This document shows, piece by piece, positions 26,258-39,879 of a DNA stretch of 64,000 nucleotides. Numbering within the stretch: the first letter of the stretch is position 1; the number at the start of each line of letters is the position of its first letter. The notes beneath the pieces are model-generated. The model worked only from the letters and a program-made list of their open reading frames with translations, did no database searches and had not been told where the DNA came from. The translations under genes were made by a program, and so were the position numbers. The stretch covers positions 72,170,001 to 72,234,000 of the forward strand of contig NC_086097.1 in the NCBI RefSeq assembly GCF_963921235.1, given 5' to 3'. Source of the stretch: Mobula hypostoma. Its lineage: Eukaryota.

Positions 26258-27272
26258 TAAACAATGCAGATGCTGGAAATCTGAAGCAACGCACAAAAAG
26301 TGCTGAAGGTACTCAGCAGGTCAGGCAGCATCTATGGAGAGTAATGAACAGACCACATTTTGGGCCAAGACCCTTCAATAAATGACACCGATGGATTCAC
26401 ATGTGAAGTGCTGCCTCATTTGCAAGAACTGTTTAGGGCCCTGAATAGTGGTGAGGGAGTTGTTGTGAGGGGAGATGTAGCAGATGGCATGGTTGCAGGG
26501 ATAATTCCCTGGAGATAGAGCAATGGGGAGGGGTGATCAGACAAGGAATTCATGGAGAGAAGAATCCACTGGTGTCATTTATTGTATCTGGTGCTCCTGG
26601 TGTGGACTCCCCTTCACTGGTGAGAACTGATGCATTTCGGGGATCCTTTTTACAAGCTCTTTTACTCCATCTGCCATAACAGCCAGGCTTTCCTGGTAGA
26701 CAGCCATTTTAATTCCAATTCTCATTCCCACATTGACATTTTTGTCCATGACATCCACTACCACCAAGTTGAGGCTATTCAGATTAGAAGAACAACATCT
26801 CATATTCCGCCTTGATATCTCCAAACTGACAGAATCAGCATCGATTTCTTTTATTACTCCTCTGTCCACTCTCCACTTTTGTTTTCCTTTATATCCATGG
26901 CCCCATTACCCCATATCTTTCTCCTCTACCAATCTCTCAACCAGCCCAACACCCACATCTTCCCCCCTCTGGTTCCTCACTTCCTTCCCTTTACTCAATA
27001 GTCCTCTGTCCGCTTCTTCAGCCATTTGCCTCTCACCCCTATCACTTCCCATCTTCTTACATCATTCCCACCCCGCCCTCCACAATCTTCCCATCTTCCC
27101 CCAATTTCCTGGATTCACCAGTTCGTATACCACCCCTTCCCCCCACCCTTTTATACTGGCCTCTGCCCTTTTTTTTCCCTGTCCTGATGAAGGGTCTCGG
27201 CCCAAAATGTTGATTGTTCATTTCCCTCAATAGTTGCTGCTTGAGTTCCTCTGGCATTTTCAGTGTTTTGAG
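26258..27272. mobile_element. Penelope-like element with inverted architecture
   Basis: Minus tail + HHR 26258-26383; minus pre-GIY-YIG segment 26384-26560; plus GIY-YIG (GVIYCIWCSWCG..SHFNS..RLEEQHLIFRL) through HHR 27180-27215. Confidence 0.85.
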
Positions 27273-28074
27273 GCAAGGCATACCTGGTTTCCAGTGTTAA
27301 CTTGGATTCCCATAATAAAACTGTTCCGCAACATGCCCTTGAAAAAGCTTCTGCTTGGAGTTTTGTTGTGAATTTCTGTTTGCTTGCATGTGAAGTGTTC
27401 ATAAATCTGGCACAGCATTCACCAAGTTGTTAATGTATTTGAAGTCACTTTGAGTCACATCTCCTACTTGCTGGTTTAGAGTTTATAAACTGAAGCTATC
27501 AATTCCGTCTGTGAAAAGTGTATCAGAGTTCTAAATCATATGCTGTTCTCAGTGCTGACAAAGCATTCATCTGAATGCTTTGACTCCATAGCAGAGTGAG
27601 TGAAGATGTTTTCACTTGACTGAAAGACCTCACTTAACAAGAGGCCTTTGAGTTCATGGTGGGGTGGAGTGGTCAGAGAGAAATTGTTTCTGGATGTAAA
27701 TGCAATTGGAATGTTTGATGAATAAAATAAGCTATAACAAATGCACAGCCCAAACTTTAAAAACTTTGAATTTCAGTCTAATGAAGGGATTCCTTCAGAG
27801 AGGATGGCCAGTTTGTATGATAACAACACTTTGCATTTATATGATTCCTTATTTTGGAAAAATATCTTGAGGCATGAGGAATATGTTGTTCTATGTTGTC
27901 TCCCAATCAAGAGCAGCAGAATTATTGGGAAATATTTGCATTCAGGATGTTTAGTCAGGTTGATAACATGCATTGGAAATTTTGTTTTGTTGTACTGAGC
28001 TGTGCAATGTTGCACAACAGTTCTATCATTGAACAAGCGCACACACAATATTCATACTTTGTATTTAGGTAAAT

Positions 28075-28620
28075 AACAATGCATGAATTCGGATCAGGAG
28101 GAGACCATCTGGTCCTTCCAGCCTGTTCATTAATTCAATAGCAGATCTCATTTTCCCAGCCTCCTCATATCCAATCATTCCCTGAGTATTTAGATAAACT
28201 TTGACCTCTGTATTGAATTGACTCGATAACTGAGTCTCCATATCCTGACGGTAGAAAATTTCAAAGCTTCTCTATCCTATTTGTGAAGAGAATTTTCCTC
28301 ATCTTAATCATCAATGGCTATCCCTTATTCTGAGATCGTGATCACTAGTTCTAGACTCCTCAGCCTGGGGAAGCATCCTCCAGGCATCTGTCAAACCCTG
28401 TGAGAATTTAGTAAGTTTCAGTGCAATGTCCTCTCACCCTTCTTAATCCTAGTTCCTAGGTGTAGTTTACCCCAACTCTCCTCATGTAGTGATCCCATAA
28501 TTCCTGGAACCAGTCTAGTGATTTTTTGTCGTATTCACACTATCATGATTAGTGAAGGAGACCAAACCTGCAAGTGTCTGCTGTCATCCAAGCCCTACAA
28601 ATTTCGGAAGACATCTTGTA
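28075..28620 (-). mobile_element. Old CR1 3' fragment
   Basis: Reverse-complement CR1 3' end (GAAGAGAATTTTCCTCATCT, CCCTTATTCTGAGA). Confidence 0.7.
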
Positions 28621-30309
28621 ATGCAAACCTGCCTGTCTGTGATTTTGATATTTATAGCTGACACTACTTCTACCTTAAGATCCAAGTAAATTGAGAAATG
28701 ATTTGAGAAGTTAGGTAATCATTCAAAGAAACATTTGCAGTACTGTTCAGCCTTCAAACACTTATCGCCAAAGGCAATTTCTGGTCACTCAGAAGACATA
28801 CAGGCTCAAAACATTTTTTTTAAATTGAAGTGAAAGATAATGTCACAAGACATTTTTGAAAAAGAAATTTCTTTATAGAATCATTCAACTTAATGAAACC
28901 ACAATGGATTTTGGCTTTATAAAAGTTTGGGACAAATCATCGCGTTGTTATAAGGGAGGAGAAACTGACACAAGTAGAGCTAAAAGACAAAGAAGCTTTT
29001 AAGACCTTCAAAATAAGGATTTTAACGCAATAAACCAATCTAGAAAGCATTACTTGTAGCTGTAAAGTAATTGTATATAAGCAATACTTCAGAGGTGCTA
29101 TAACAAGTAGGAGCAGTGTTCCGTAGATCTGAAAAATTTAGCTCTGCCACTTTCACACAGAGGCAATGGTTACTGCTCATTTCCTGATGTGCAAATAACG
29201 AAAGAGCAATCCACAATGGTTTTATCATCGTCAGCATTCAGCCACTAACTAATGTGCAAAGACTCAGCCAATAATGAAGTCATTTACATGCATGACAAGG
29301 TCTTCATTCATGCGCTTCTTTACAGACTCCATGAACTGTTGTTTTATTTAATCAAAAAAAATTTGCACTTGAATACAGCTGCAGTACCAGTTAACAGTGG
29401 ACCAGCTGCCTCAGTGCCAGAACCATTGCACAATGCCTGCTTTAACACTTCTTGATGTTTGCTTCGGAAGCTCACAGGAAGTGACAGGTGTGATTTACTT
29501 GAAGGACACAACCTATTTTATTCCACCACCACCCCCCGCCCCCCCACCGCCATCCTTCATCTGTGTACCTCCATTGGTCCCAATGTAGTAATGGATCACT
29601 GATAGATTTTGACATGCCCCTATCGCTGCTGAATGTAGGAAATGAACACACTGACTGCAAACCTCTCAGCTTGGAGCCCTTAGGCAGTCCTCCTTAATTA
29701 CAGCTTGTTTTGCTGTGTGCAAACAGGGGTGAAAGTGGCATAAATTTGACAGTAAATATTAATCATTCACTTGACTGTAAACATGACTTTAGGAGTGGAG
29801 AGAGAAGTGATTTCTGTGTAAGTAGCAGATGCAGAGAACCAGGGACAAGAATTAGAGGTATCAGGGCACAACAGCAGAGACTAAATTTCCTAGTGCCCTG
29901 ATAATTTGGGTTTTAAGGAATGAGGGGTGACCTTATTGAAGCATACCAGATCCTCTAATTGCTTAACTATTAGTCGCATTGCGTACTGTGAAGGGTCATT
30001 GACTTCAGGGCATGGATTGTAACAACGACTTTGCACCTTAAAGCTGTAGGAAATTGTTCTCAATATCATAATATTCCAGCTTAGTACTTCTAATACATCC
30101 TCCGATCAAGTCAGCACTCAAAGCTATTCCAAGTCTTTTGCTTAAATTAAAGTGCAGTGATTTTGAAAGTGATTGATAGCAAACGTTCACTTCAGTGAAA
30201 GATAGCACCTGTGCGGATTGGTTGCATTTCATTTGTTTTTTTTTTCTGTACTGCATATCCAGTCTAAACACTCAAAAAAAAGTTCTGCTTTTACTCACTT
30301 GCTTCATAC

Positions 30310-30580
30310 ACAGCTATTTGCTTTGAAGTGCAGTCACCGATAATGTGGAGACAAATGTGACAGCTGTTTTGCATAAGGCAATTGTGTTATAAATTGGAAA
30401 TTAATCTCCGCTTCAGTGAGAAAAATTAGCCAGAAAACGGGAAGGGATTCTGCCTGCTCCTTCCAATGTCAAAGGATATTCAGCATCCACTGATAAAGCA
30501 AAGAATGACCCCTGGACCTGCTGCAGATTAGTACCATCTGCACAGCATGGGATTTTAGGGCCACTGGTTTTGTAGACGGT
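30310..30580 (-). mobile_element. Ancient Deu-domain SINE remnant (SacSINE1/AmnSINE-like)
   Basis: TTTGAAGTGCAGTCAC..ATGTGGAGAC..CTGCTCCTTCC..CATCCACTGA resembles my recollection of the Deu-SINE consensus; similar to 55790-55945 and 58655-58850. Confidence 0.5.
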
Positions 30581-30654
30581 AATATAACTAATTTTAAAAT
30601 CCATCAAGGCACATTGTTAGACATAAACAATGAAAAACCTACTTAGTTTACGTA

Positions 30655-32949
30655 CCATTCCGTGCCCAGACCGCATTTTGGTAAACCTGGTCACTTGGCT
30701 ATCATTCTCCCACCCACCTGCACACGGGGAGAGGCTAAAGAGCAAAACTCCAGAGATTAGGACAATAGAAAGATGGTCACAGGAGACAGAGCAGTGTCTA
30801 CGGGATTACTTCATCTGAGTTGCGCTTTTGTACTGCTGGACATTGCTTGTACTGGCTGGTTACGATTTTATTTATTGTTTATTTATTTTATTTGTTGTTT
30901 TATAGCATTGAGTATGAGAGTTGCAAACTCATTTTCTCTGTATTGGTGCAGGACAAATTGTACTATGCGATGACAATAAAGATATTTCATTTCATTTCAT
31001 ATCAAAGTCAACGGAGGGGGCCGTGTTCAAGGACTAATCTGTGAATCTGAATGATCACACCATGGTTGTCATGGACCGTTATTAAAACAGTGATAGCTGA
31101 GTGTGTCCCCACAAAATCATTCAGAGTCCTCTCCAATCATAAGTCCTGACTGAACCATGAGGTGTTCAAGTTTGGTGACCAAGAAAGTTACAAGAGGTCC
31201 AGCTACAATCTCCAAAAAGCCATCTCACGGATGAAGTGGGAATTTCAGGCTAAACTTGAATCAACGAAGAATGATTGACAGTTATGGCAGGGTTTGAATA
31301 TTATCACCTCTTATAAAATTTAAACAAGGGGCATAAGCGACTATAGGCCCTCCAGATGAGCTCAATGCCTTCTATGCTCATTTTGACCATCAAAACACAG
31401 AGGAACCATGACAAACTCCCTCAGCCCCCGATGATCCCATGATTTCAGTTGCTGAGGCAGATGTGAGATCAGCCTGCAGGAGGGTGAACCCATGAAAAGC
31501 ATCCGGCCCAGATGAAGTACCTGGCCGAGTACTAAGGACCTGTGTTGATCAACTGGCTGGAGTGTTCACTAAGATCTTTAACCTCTCTTTTCGGCAGTCT
31601 GAGATACCCATCTGCTTCAAGCAGGCTTCATTACACTGGTGCCTAAGAAGAACGTAGTAACCTGCCTCAGTGACTATCATACAGTAGCACATACATCCAC
31701 AGAGATGAATATATATTGAGAGGTAGGTGATGAAACATGTCAACACCTGCCTGAGAAGTGACTTGGATCTGCTCCAATTTGCCTACTGGAGCAACAGGTC
31801 CACAGCAGATGCCACCTTATTCTTTTTTCACTCAACCCTGGAACATCTTCACAGCAAAGGTACATAATGCACATCAGGATGCTCTTTACTAACTACAGCT
31901 TAGTAATCAATACCATCATCACCCCAAAACTAACCAATAAGCTCCTAGACCTTGGCCTCACTACTTCGTCGTGCAACTAGATCCTCGATTTTTCACTTGC
32001 AGACCCCAGTAAACTCAGATTGGCAACAACATCTCTTCCACGATCTCCATCAGCACAGATGCACCACAAGTTGTGTGCTTATCCAATTTGCTGATGACAC
32101 CACTGTCATAGGATGGATCAAAGGTGGTGATGAATCAGGAGGGAGATTGAAAATCTGGCTGAGTGGTGTCCTAACAACAACCTCTCACTCAAGATCAGCA
32201 AGACCAAGGAGGTGACTTCAGGAGAAAAAAAATCAGAGGGCCATGAGCCAGTCCTCAACTGAGAGGTGGAGAAGGTCAACAACTTTAAATTCCTCAGTGC
32301 TATTAATTGAGAGGATCTATCCTGGGCCCAGCACATGAGTGAAAATCCAAAGACAGCACGGCAGTACCTCTACTTCCATAGGAGTTCTTGTAAATTCGGC
32401 ATGACATCTAAAATCCGACAAACTTCTATAAATATGTAGTGGAAAGTAAATTGGCTGGCTGCTTAACAGCCTGGTACGGAAACACAACTGATGTTGAATG
32501 GAAAATCCTACAAAAAGTAGTGGATATGGTCCAGTCCATCATGGGTGAAGCCCTCCGAACCAGTGAGCACATTACACGAAATGTTGTTGCAGGAAGGCAG
32601 CATCCATCATCAGGGATCCCCATCACCCAGAACACGCTCCCTTCTCAGCGCTGCCATCAGGAAGAAGGTACAGGAGCCTCAGGACACACAGAACCAGGTT
32701 CAGGAACAGTTATTTTCCCTCAAACATCAGGCTCTTGAACCAGAGGGGATAATTTCACTCAACTTCACTCACCCCATCACTTAAATGATCCCACAACCTA
32801 TGGATTCACTTTCAAGGACTCTTCATCTCATGTTCTCGATATTTATTTCTTGTTTATTTATTTATTATTATTATTTCCTTGTTTTTGTATTTGCACAGTT
32901 GTTGTCTTTCACACACTGGCTGAACACCAAGGGTGGTGTGGTCTTTCAT
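30655..32949 (+). mobile_element. Rex1/Babar-like LINE, decayed; contains a LINE-tail insert at ~30815-31000; its 3' UTR resumes at 33705-33727 and 34371-34440
   Basis: HPPAHGERLK, CVDQLAGVFTKIFNLSF, LIQFADDTTVIG, AGCLTAWYGN..LQKVVD; tail TGATAATAAATTTACTTTGAA. Confidence 0.85.
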
Positions 32950-33704
32950 CGGAAACATCCACGAAAACAGAGAAGTGCCCCAAAGAATGAATGACAGTTA
33001 AACGTGAAAACCCCAAAGTCCCCCCCAGCTCTCCCCTCCCGCACGTAAGCGGCAGCGAGCAACGATCCTACCGCCCTCCCCCCACCAGCAAAAACAGTGC
33101 GCGTCAGTACCATCACTGAGCCTAAGCATGTGCTAAACAATAGCAAAGACACAGACCCAAGTTACCCCAAAGGCTTCGTATTTCATCCGACAAACCACAG
33201 GTTCTCTCTCTCCCTAATAAGGAAAAGGGAAGTGTCCCTCCATTTTCACAGCGAGCAGGAGGCATAACAACAACCCACAGTTTACAATGTTAAAAGTCCA
33301 TTTCATTGCTTTTCTCGAGCTCTGTGTCCGAAGATCGCAAAGATCTCGGGTCTTTGGGCCCACAGCGAAAGATTTTCTGGCCTCCCCGATGATGCACGAG
33401 TCTCCTGCTGTGACACCGATCCTCAATCGGCCTATCTCCAGAGCACCGAGATCTTAAGCTTCCAAACGCGATCAAGACTCTCAGGCCAAACCCTTGGCAT
33501 GTCGAATAATGGCCAGTCATGGAACCCCGAGAACGGGACCCATTCCCACAAAGAACCAAAGCCTGCATGTAACTCCAAGTCAACGTCTTCTGAAGATGAA
33601 AGGGAAAAATAAAGATATTAAAGGTGGAAACAGAGCTGTTTCTGAAGATGCAAGCAAAGGAGTTGCTGTTAGGCGCCATTACCCCTCCTGACCTCTGTCT
33701 TCTC
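32950..33704 (-). repeat. Unclassified GC-richer interspersed repeat inserted in the Rex 3' UTR
   Basis: CpG-rich block interrupting the UTR; its minus strand starts GGTAATGGCGCC, resembling a LINE 5' UTR; no credible ORF. Confidence 0.45.
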
Positions 33705-33724
33705 ATTTATTGATTTATTGAGTA

Positions 33725-34370
33725 TGTGATTCAGGGCATGTGATTCAGGGCATGAGTTTCAGGGCAGGAGATTCAGGGCAGGAGATTCATTGCAGGAGTT
33801 TCAGGGCATGAGATTCAGCGCATGAGTTTCTGGGCAGGAGACTCAGGGCATTAGTTTCAGGGCATGAGATTCAGTGCTGTGGTTTCCGGGCCGGAGATTC
33901 AGGGCATTAGTTTCAAGGCATGAGATTCAGGGCAGGATTTTCAGGGCATGAGATTCAGGGCAATAGTTTCAGGGCAGGAGATTCAGGGCATGAGATTCAG
34001 GGCAGGAGATTCAGGGCTTTAGTTTCAAGGCTGGCGTTTCAGGGCCGAAATTTCAGGGCAGGAGATTCAGGGTTTGAGTTTCAGGGCAGGAGATTCATGG
34101 CATGAGTTTCAGGTCCGCAGATTCAACGCATTAGTTTCAAGGCATGAGATTCAAGGCAGGAGTTTCAGGGCATGAGATTCAGGGCATTAGTTTCAGGGCA
34201 GGAGATTCAGGGCATGAGTTTCAGGGCAGGAGATTCGGGGCAGCAGATTCGGGGCAGCAGATTCAGGGCATGAGATTCAGGACTTTAGTTTCAGGGCTGG
34301 AGTTTCAGGGCAGAAATTTCAGGGCATGAGATTCAGGGCAAGAGTTTCAGGGCAGGAGATTCAGGGCATG
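33725..34370. repeat. 14-bp minisatellite (GATTCAGGGCATGA / GTTTCAGGGCAGGA variants), ~46 units
   Basis: Directly visible tandem array. Confidence 0.97.
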
Positions 34371-34442
34371 AAAATGAAACTCTGCATTGTATTTGGTGAT
34401 ACATATGTACATTGATAATAAATTTACTTTGAAATTTCAAAC

Positions 34443-35297
34443 ATACTTTACTTTATTGTCGCCAAACAATTGATACTGGAATGTACAATCATCACAGCGA
34501 TATTTGATTCTGCGCTTCGCGCTCCCTGGAGTACAAATCGATAGTAAATATTAAAAATTTAAATTATAAATCATAAGTAGAAAATAGAAAATAGAAAGTA
34601 AGGCAGTGCAAAAAAAAAAACAAGAGGCAGGTCCGGATATTTGGAGGGTACGGCCCAGGTCTGGGTCAGGATCCGTTTAGCAGTCTTATCACAGTTGGAT
34701 AGAAGCTGTTCCCAAATCTGGCCTTCAAGCTCCTGAGCCTTCTCCCAGAGGGAAGAGGGATGAAAAGTGTGTTGGCTGGGTGGGTCGTGTCCCTGATTAT
34801 CCTGGCAGCACTGCTCCAACAGCGTAAGGTGTAAAATGAGTCCAAGGACGGAAGATCGGTTTGTGTGATGTGCTGGGCTGTGTTCACGATCTTCTGCAGC
34901 TTCTTCCGATCTTGGACAGGACAACTTCCATACCAGGTTGTGATGCATCCTAGAAGAATGCTTTCTACGGTGCATCTATAAAAATTAGTGAGGATTTTAG
35001 GGGACAGGCCAAATTTCTTTAGCTTTCTCAGTAAGTAAAGGCACAGGTAGACCTTCTTGGCAGTGGATTCTGCTTGGTTGGACCAAGTCAGGTCATTTGT
35101 GATATTGACCCCGAGGAACTTAAAGCTTTTGACCTGTTCCACTTGCACACCACTGATGTAAATGGGGTCGTGTGGTCCGCTACTCCTCCTGAAGTCAACA
35201 ACCAATTCCTTCATCTAGCTGACGTTGAGGGATAGGTAATTGTCTTCGCACTATGCCACCAGGTTCTTAATTTCCTCTATGTACTCAAACTCATCAT
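34443..35297 (-). mobile_element. Rex1/Babar-like LINE 3' fragment, relatively young
   Basis: 182-aa open ORF KELVVDFRR..FKFLGVNITNDLTWS..NFYRCTVESILLGCITTWYG..LPSGRR..NSFYPTVIRLLN; (AAAGT)n tail. Confidence 0.93.
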
Positions 35298-35309
35298 TGC
35301 TCATCAAGA

Positions 35310-36302
35310 TTCTGCATCTCCTGAGGCAGGGGTAGGAAAAGGAGTGCAGGTTGGCAAATGATGGCTGAAACCAAGTGAGGATTAAGGTGGTTGGGTGGTG
35401 GAAGAGGAGATAAAGCAAGAAGCTGGAAGGTAACAGTGAAAGAGGTAAAGCATGAAGAAGAAGAAGAAACTAATAGGAGAGGACACTGGGCCATGAAAAA
35501 AAGGGAAGGAGGAATGGGTAGGGCTACACCAGCCCCTACACCTCCTCACCATCCCTCAGGGCCCCATCACCTTCAGCTATGAATCTTTCAGGGTCATCTA
35601 CTGCATTCAGTGCTCCCAGTACTGCCTACTCTACGTCAGTTAGACCCAGTGTAAATTGGAGTCTGCTTTATTGAGCATGTACATGTATTGAGCACAAAAG
35701 GCAGAATTTCCCAGTGGCCACCCAGTTCAATTTGACTTCCCATTCTGATCGCCACACATCAATCCACAGCATCTTCTGCTGCCACAATGACACCCTACTA
35801 CTCAGGTTGGAGGAGCGACACCTCACATTGCACCTGGGTAGCCTCCAATCTGATGACATGAACATCAATTTCCCTAACTTCTGGTAATTCTCCTTCCTCC
35901 CCCTTTGCCTCTTTTCAATTCCCCATTCTGGTTCCCCTCTCACCCCTTCTCTTCTCATTTGCCCATCACCTTCCTCTGGTGCCCCTCTTCCTGCCCTTTT
36001 TTCCATGGTCCACTGCCCTCTCCTATTAGATTCCTTCTTCCTCAACTAATTTACATTTTCCACCTATCACCTCCTGGTTTCTTACTTCAACACCCTCCCC
36101 CACCCACCCATCTTCTCCCTCACCTGGTCTTACCTATCACCTGCCAGCTTGTTTTGCTCCCCCACCCCACTTTATTCTAACTTCTGCCCTACCTTTCTTT
36201 CCATTCCTCATGAAAGGTCTTGGCCTGGTAGGTCAGCTGTTTATTTCTCTCCACAGATGCTGCCTGAGCTGCTGAGTTCCTTCAGCATTTTGTATCTGTT
36301 GT
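35310..36302. mobile_element. Penelope-like element: inverted purine-rich arm (35310-35515) plus a plus-strand GIY-YIG 3' part
   Basis: CESFRVIYCIQCSQYCLLYV.., RLEERHLTLHLGSLQSDDMNINF, pyrimidine tract, degenerate HHR ~36205-36240. Confidence 0.8.
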
Positions 36303-36363
36303 TAGCTTATATGCATTCTTCTTCCTGTATTTCATAGATCATTTGTAGCCACTTCTAACATTA

Positions 36364-36676
36364 CAGTCACAGTTTCAGGATAAAGGGGAAGCCTTTTAGG
36401 ACCGAGATTAGGAAAAACTTCTTCACACAGAGAGTGGTGAATCTGTGGAATTCTCTGCCACAGGAGACAGTTGAGTCCAGTTCATTGGTTATATTTAAGA
36501 GGGAGTTAGATATGGCCCTTGTGGCTACGGGGATCAGGGGGTATGGAGGGAAGGCTGGTGCAGGGTTCTGAGTTGGATGATCAGCCATGATCATAATAAA
36601 TGGCGGTGCAGGCTTGAAGGGCCGAATGGCCTACTCCTGCACCTATTTTCTATGTTTCTATGTTTCTATGTTTCTA
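36364..36676 (+). mobile_element. Young CR1 3' end
   Basis: FRTEIRKNFFTQRVVNLWNSLP; (TTTCTATG)n tail. Confidence 0.92.
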
Positions 36677-36959
36677 TATTTCTAAGCATTCAGTATGTTG
36701 CATCAAATCAGCTTAAAAGTGGTGGGTTCAACACTGACTGTGACATTTTATTCTATTTTATTTTATTTAGAGATATTGTATGGTAAAAGGCCCTTTGGCC
36801 CAATAGACACACACCATTCAATTATACCTTTGACTCATTTATCTACAAAACCCATACATCTTCGGTGTTCCTCCTACATGACCGGTCCACTCCAAATACA
36901 AAATGTAGGTATGGTAGACAGAGCTTTTGCTGTTAATGCGCCAAGGGCTTTTGTACCTG

Positions 36960-37380
36960 GGCTCAGGCAGTTTAGAAGAATGGGGGGCGGGGGGGAGGGT
37001 TGTCATAGAAACCTACTGAATGTTGAAAGGCCTAGATACAGTAGATGTGGAAAGGATGTTTCCTATAGTGAGGGAATCTCGGACTGAAGGGCACAGCCTC
37101 AGAAGAGAGGGACGTCCATTTAGAACGGAGATAAGGAGGAATTTCTTTAGCCAGAGGGTGGTGAATCTATGGAAATCATTGCCACAGGCAGCTGTGGAGG
37201 CCAAGTCATTAAATATATTTAAGTCAGAGGTTGATAGATTAATGATAAGTCAGAGTATGAACTGCTACAGGGCAAAGGCAGGAGAATGGGGTTCAGAGGG
37301 AAATGCATCAGCAATGATCAAATGGTAAAGCAGACTCGCTGGACTGAATGGCTTAATCTGCTCCAGTATCTTATGGTCTG
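36960..37380 (+). mobile_element. CR1 3' end
   Basis: VERMFPIVRESRTEGHSLR..FRTEIRRNFFSQRVVNLWKSLP; tail TCTTATGGTC. Confidence 0.92.
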
Positions 37381-38574
37381 CTGTGTAAAATAAAATGGAG
37401 AGCTTTAAAGCCTTCATGATGGGGGATAGATGTGTATAGGGACTGGACATCCATAATGGAAATAAGGCTGGTGATCTGTAAGCATCCACTGAGTGTCTAC
37501 ACGTCACCGGCTGCATTCTGACAACATCCATACTTAACCTAACGCAGGTCACAGGTAGGCAAGGAGCAATCACTGTACCAGGTTCAGGAACAAGTGAATT
37601 TTTATCCTGGGTATCGGATCGTGTTGGTTTGAGACCAGAGTTCATAAAGCTTGAATCAGAAAACAAGTGTTACCAAATGAGCATAGCATGGTTCAAGTAC
37701 ACTGCACCAACCTCTGGATACAGGTAGCAGGACATGCATAAGTAATGTATAATTAATCATTGTGGCAGGCCATTCACCTCGAAGGAGTACTTATTAGTTA
37801 TATTTAGTATTGGAACAAATATTGAATTACCACAAAATTATAACATTTATATGCACTATGAAATTTTTGATTTGAATATCTTACTTTATCTATCCCAGAG
37901 GAGTTCTGCTTTAAAGCGGTTGCCCTTGGATAGGTCATGTCTGTTTTCTGTTCTAATATCTGTGTATGCTCTATATGATTAGTGGATTAAATAACTGAAT
38001 CAAAATCCTCATCAAAATGTTAATAATCCATTCTTTGTAGAAACTCAGCCGGACCTTGCCTTGCATTTCAATATTCAGATTTGTCATTGATTCCTTGCAG
38101 CTTGCCCCCGTGCTTTCGTACATCAGTGGCACGATGAATTCTATTGCTATTCTGTCAGGTCCCTGTGGTAAGCACTGGTGCATACATAACTACAAGCAAA
38201 GGCAGTTCGAGTTTTCGCCAGAGAAAGATGTATATTTAGGAATGTTTATATTTGATAACCATATTTCTATCGCTATTAAAAGTTCTTTAGTTTTCCCCGG
38301 CATTTTGAGTTAGGTATGAAAAGTTGAGCATTGCAATCCACCAATCAAGCGTACACTTTGAAAGTGATGCAGACTTCTTTCCTTTTGTCACTTGTATAAG
38401 CAGAAGTTTCAGGTGGCTCAATCAGTTATGACAGTCAGTTACTGTGCATATCAAAGTTCCCCGGTGGATTCAGGGTGTAGACTGATGGCTGAGCTTGGCT
38501 GTATCAGTGGTAAGGGTGTAAAAATTATATCTAACACCTTAGGTCAGAGAAAGAAAACTCAGGCAAGGTTCCTG

Positions 38575-38800
38575 ATGCAAAAAAAAATCAAACTGCTAGA
38601 AAAGATCAGCAGATCAATCAGCACCTGTGGAGGGAAAAGAGCAGTTGACAATTCAAGTCAATTCCCTTCATCAGGACTGAGAGTGGAGATGGAAGGTAGT
38701 GGATATAAAGAGAGGGGGAGGATGAGATAGTTGGCAGCAGATGACAGCTGGACTGAGGAGGGGGAGGTTAAATGGACAGGTGGAGCCTCGTAGGTGGGGA
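38575..38800 (-). mobile_element. Penelope terminal-repeat fragment
   Basis: Tail plus CCCTTCATCAGGACTG (HHR CUGAUGA on the minus strand). Confidence 0.7.
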
Positions 38801-39007
38801 GAAATTACCGATTGCTTTCAACACCAGAAATTGACTGTCGTGTTCCCATGTTGGAAGTCTGCAATGTTCATTGAGGTTCAGGCATAAATGAGATTGCAAA
38901 GATTAATGCAAGATTTTGAGGAAACATTGACCATCAAAGACACTTTTCAGGAGTGGAAGGGAGAAAACAGTGGGAAAATAATCTATTGTTATTTGAATTT
39001 AAATCTC

Positions 39008-39480
39008 AAGCTGATGGCATCAACTTCTCTAAATTCCAGTAAGTTCTTCCCCCCGCCCCCACTTCTCCCATCTGCATTTCTCCATTCTGGCTCCATTCTT
39101 ACCCCTTCTTCTCCTAACTTGTCCATCACCTCTCTCTGGTGCCCCTCCATCTTTCCTTTCTCCCATGGTCCACCATCCTCTCCTATCAGATTCCTTCTTC
39201 CTCAATCACTTCACATCTATCGTTTCCCAACTTCTTACTTCAACCACTCCCCCATCTATCCACCCTCACCTGATTCAACTTGTCACCTTCCAGCCTGCGT
39301 TCCTTCCCCTCCTTTCACCTTCATATTCTGGCTTCTTTCCCCTTCCTCGTCAGTCCTTATGATGGGTCTTGGTCCGAAAAATCAATTGTTTATTCCTCTC
39401 CATATGCCCTGCTGAGTTGCTCTAGTATTTTGTGTGTGTTGCTCTGGATTTCCAGCATCTGTAGAACCTTTTGTATTTAT
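39008..39480 (+). mobile_element. Penelope 3' fragment
   Basis: CTGATGGCATCAAC.., pyrimidine tract, degenerate HHR 39351-39388, tail TTTCCAGCATCTG. Confidence 0.8.
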
Positions 39481-39879
39481 GATTTGATTGGACTTCTGTT
39501 ATTTCTTAATCAAAACAAATCCATGGAAGATTTATATATTTGAAATAGAGCCAGGTATAATTCAGTTAGAAATTGTCTCTACTTATAATTGGTATGAAAC
39601 AAAATACAAAGCAATTCAATGTTCTTGTTAATGTTTACAGGGCCCAAACTGCAGAATCAGACCATGAAAAGAGGAAGATGAATTTGGTTATAATGTGAAA
39701 GTTTTAAAATCTTTTAAAAAACATGGAGGACTTTGTAAAAGATAAGGGTTAGTGTGATCTTAGAATAGGTTACCTGTCAAGGGAAATTTTGGGAGGGAAT
39801 CAAATTAACAAAGAGTGAAATTAATCGGACAGAGAGCGGGGTTCTACCAAAGTCCTGATCTGCATTGGCCTTCAAACTG

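Noticed and set aside
33725..34370. CRISPR-like array, or repetitive ORFs at 33920 and 34144
   Set aside because: Contiguous tandem units with no unique spacers and no cas genes; eukaryotic context
38888..39415. 175-aa ORF (also 26733-27233 and 35905-36180)
   Set aside because: Pro/Ser/Phe-rich translation of the Penelope pyrimidine tract; low complexity
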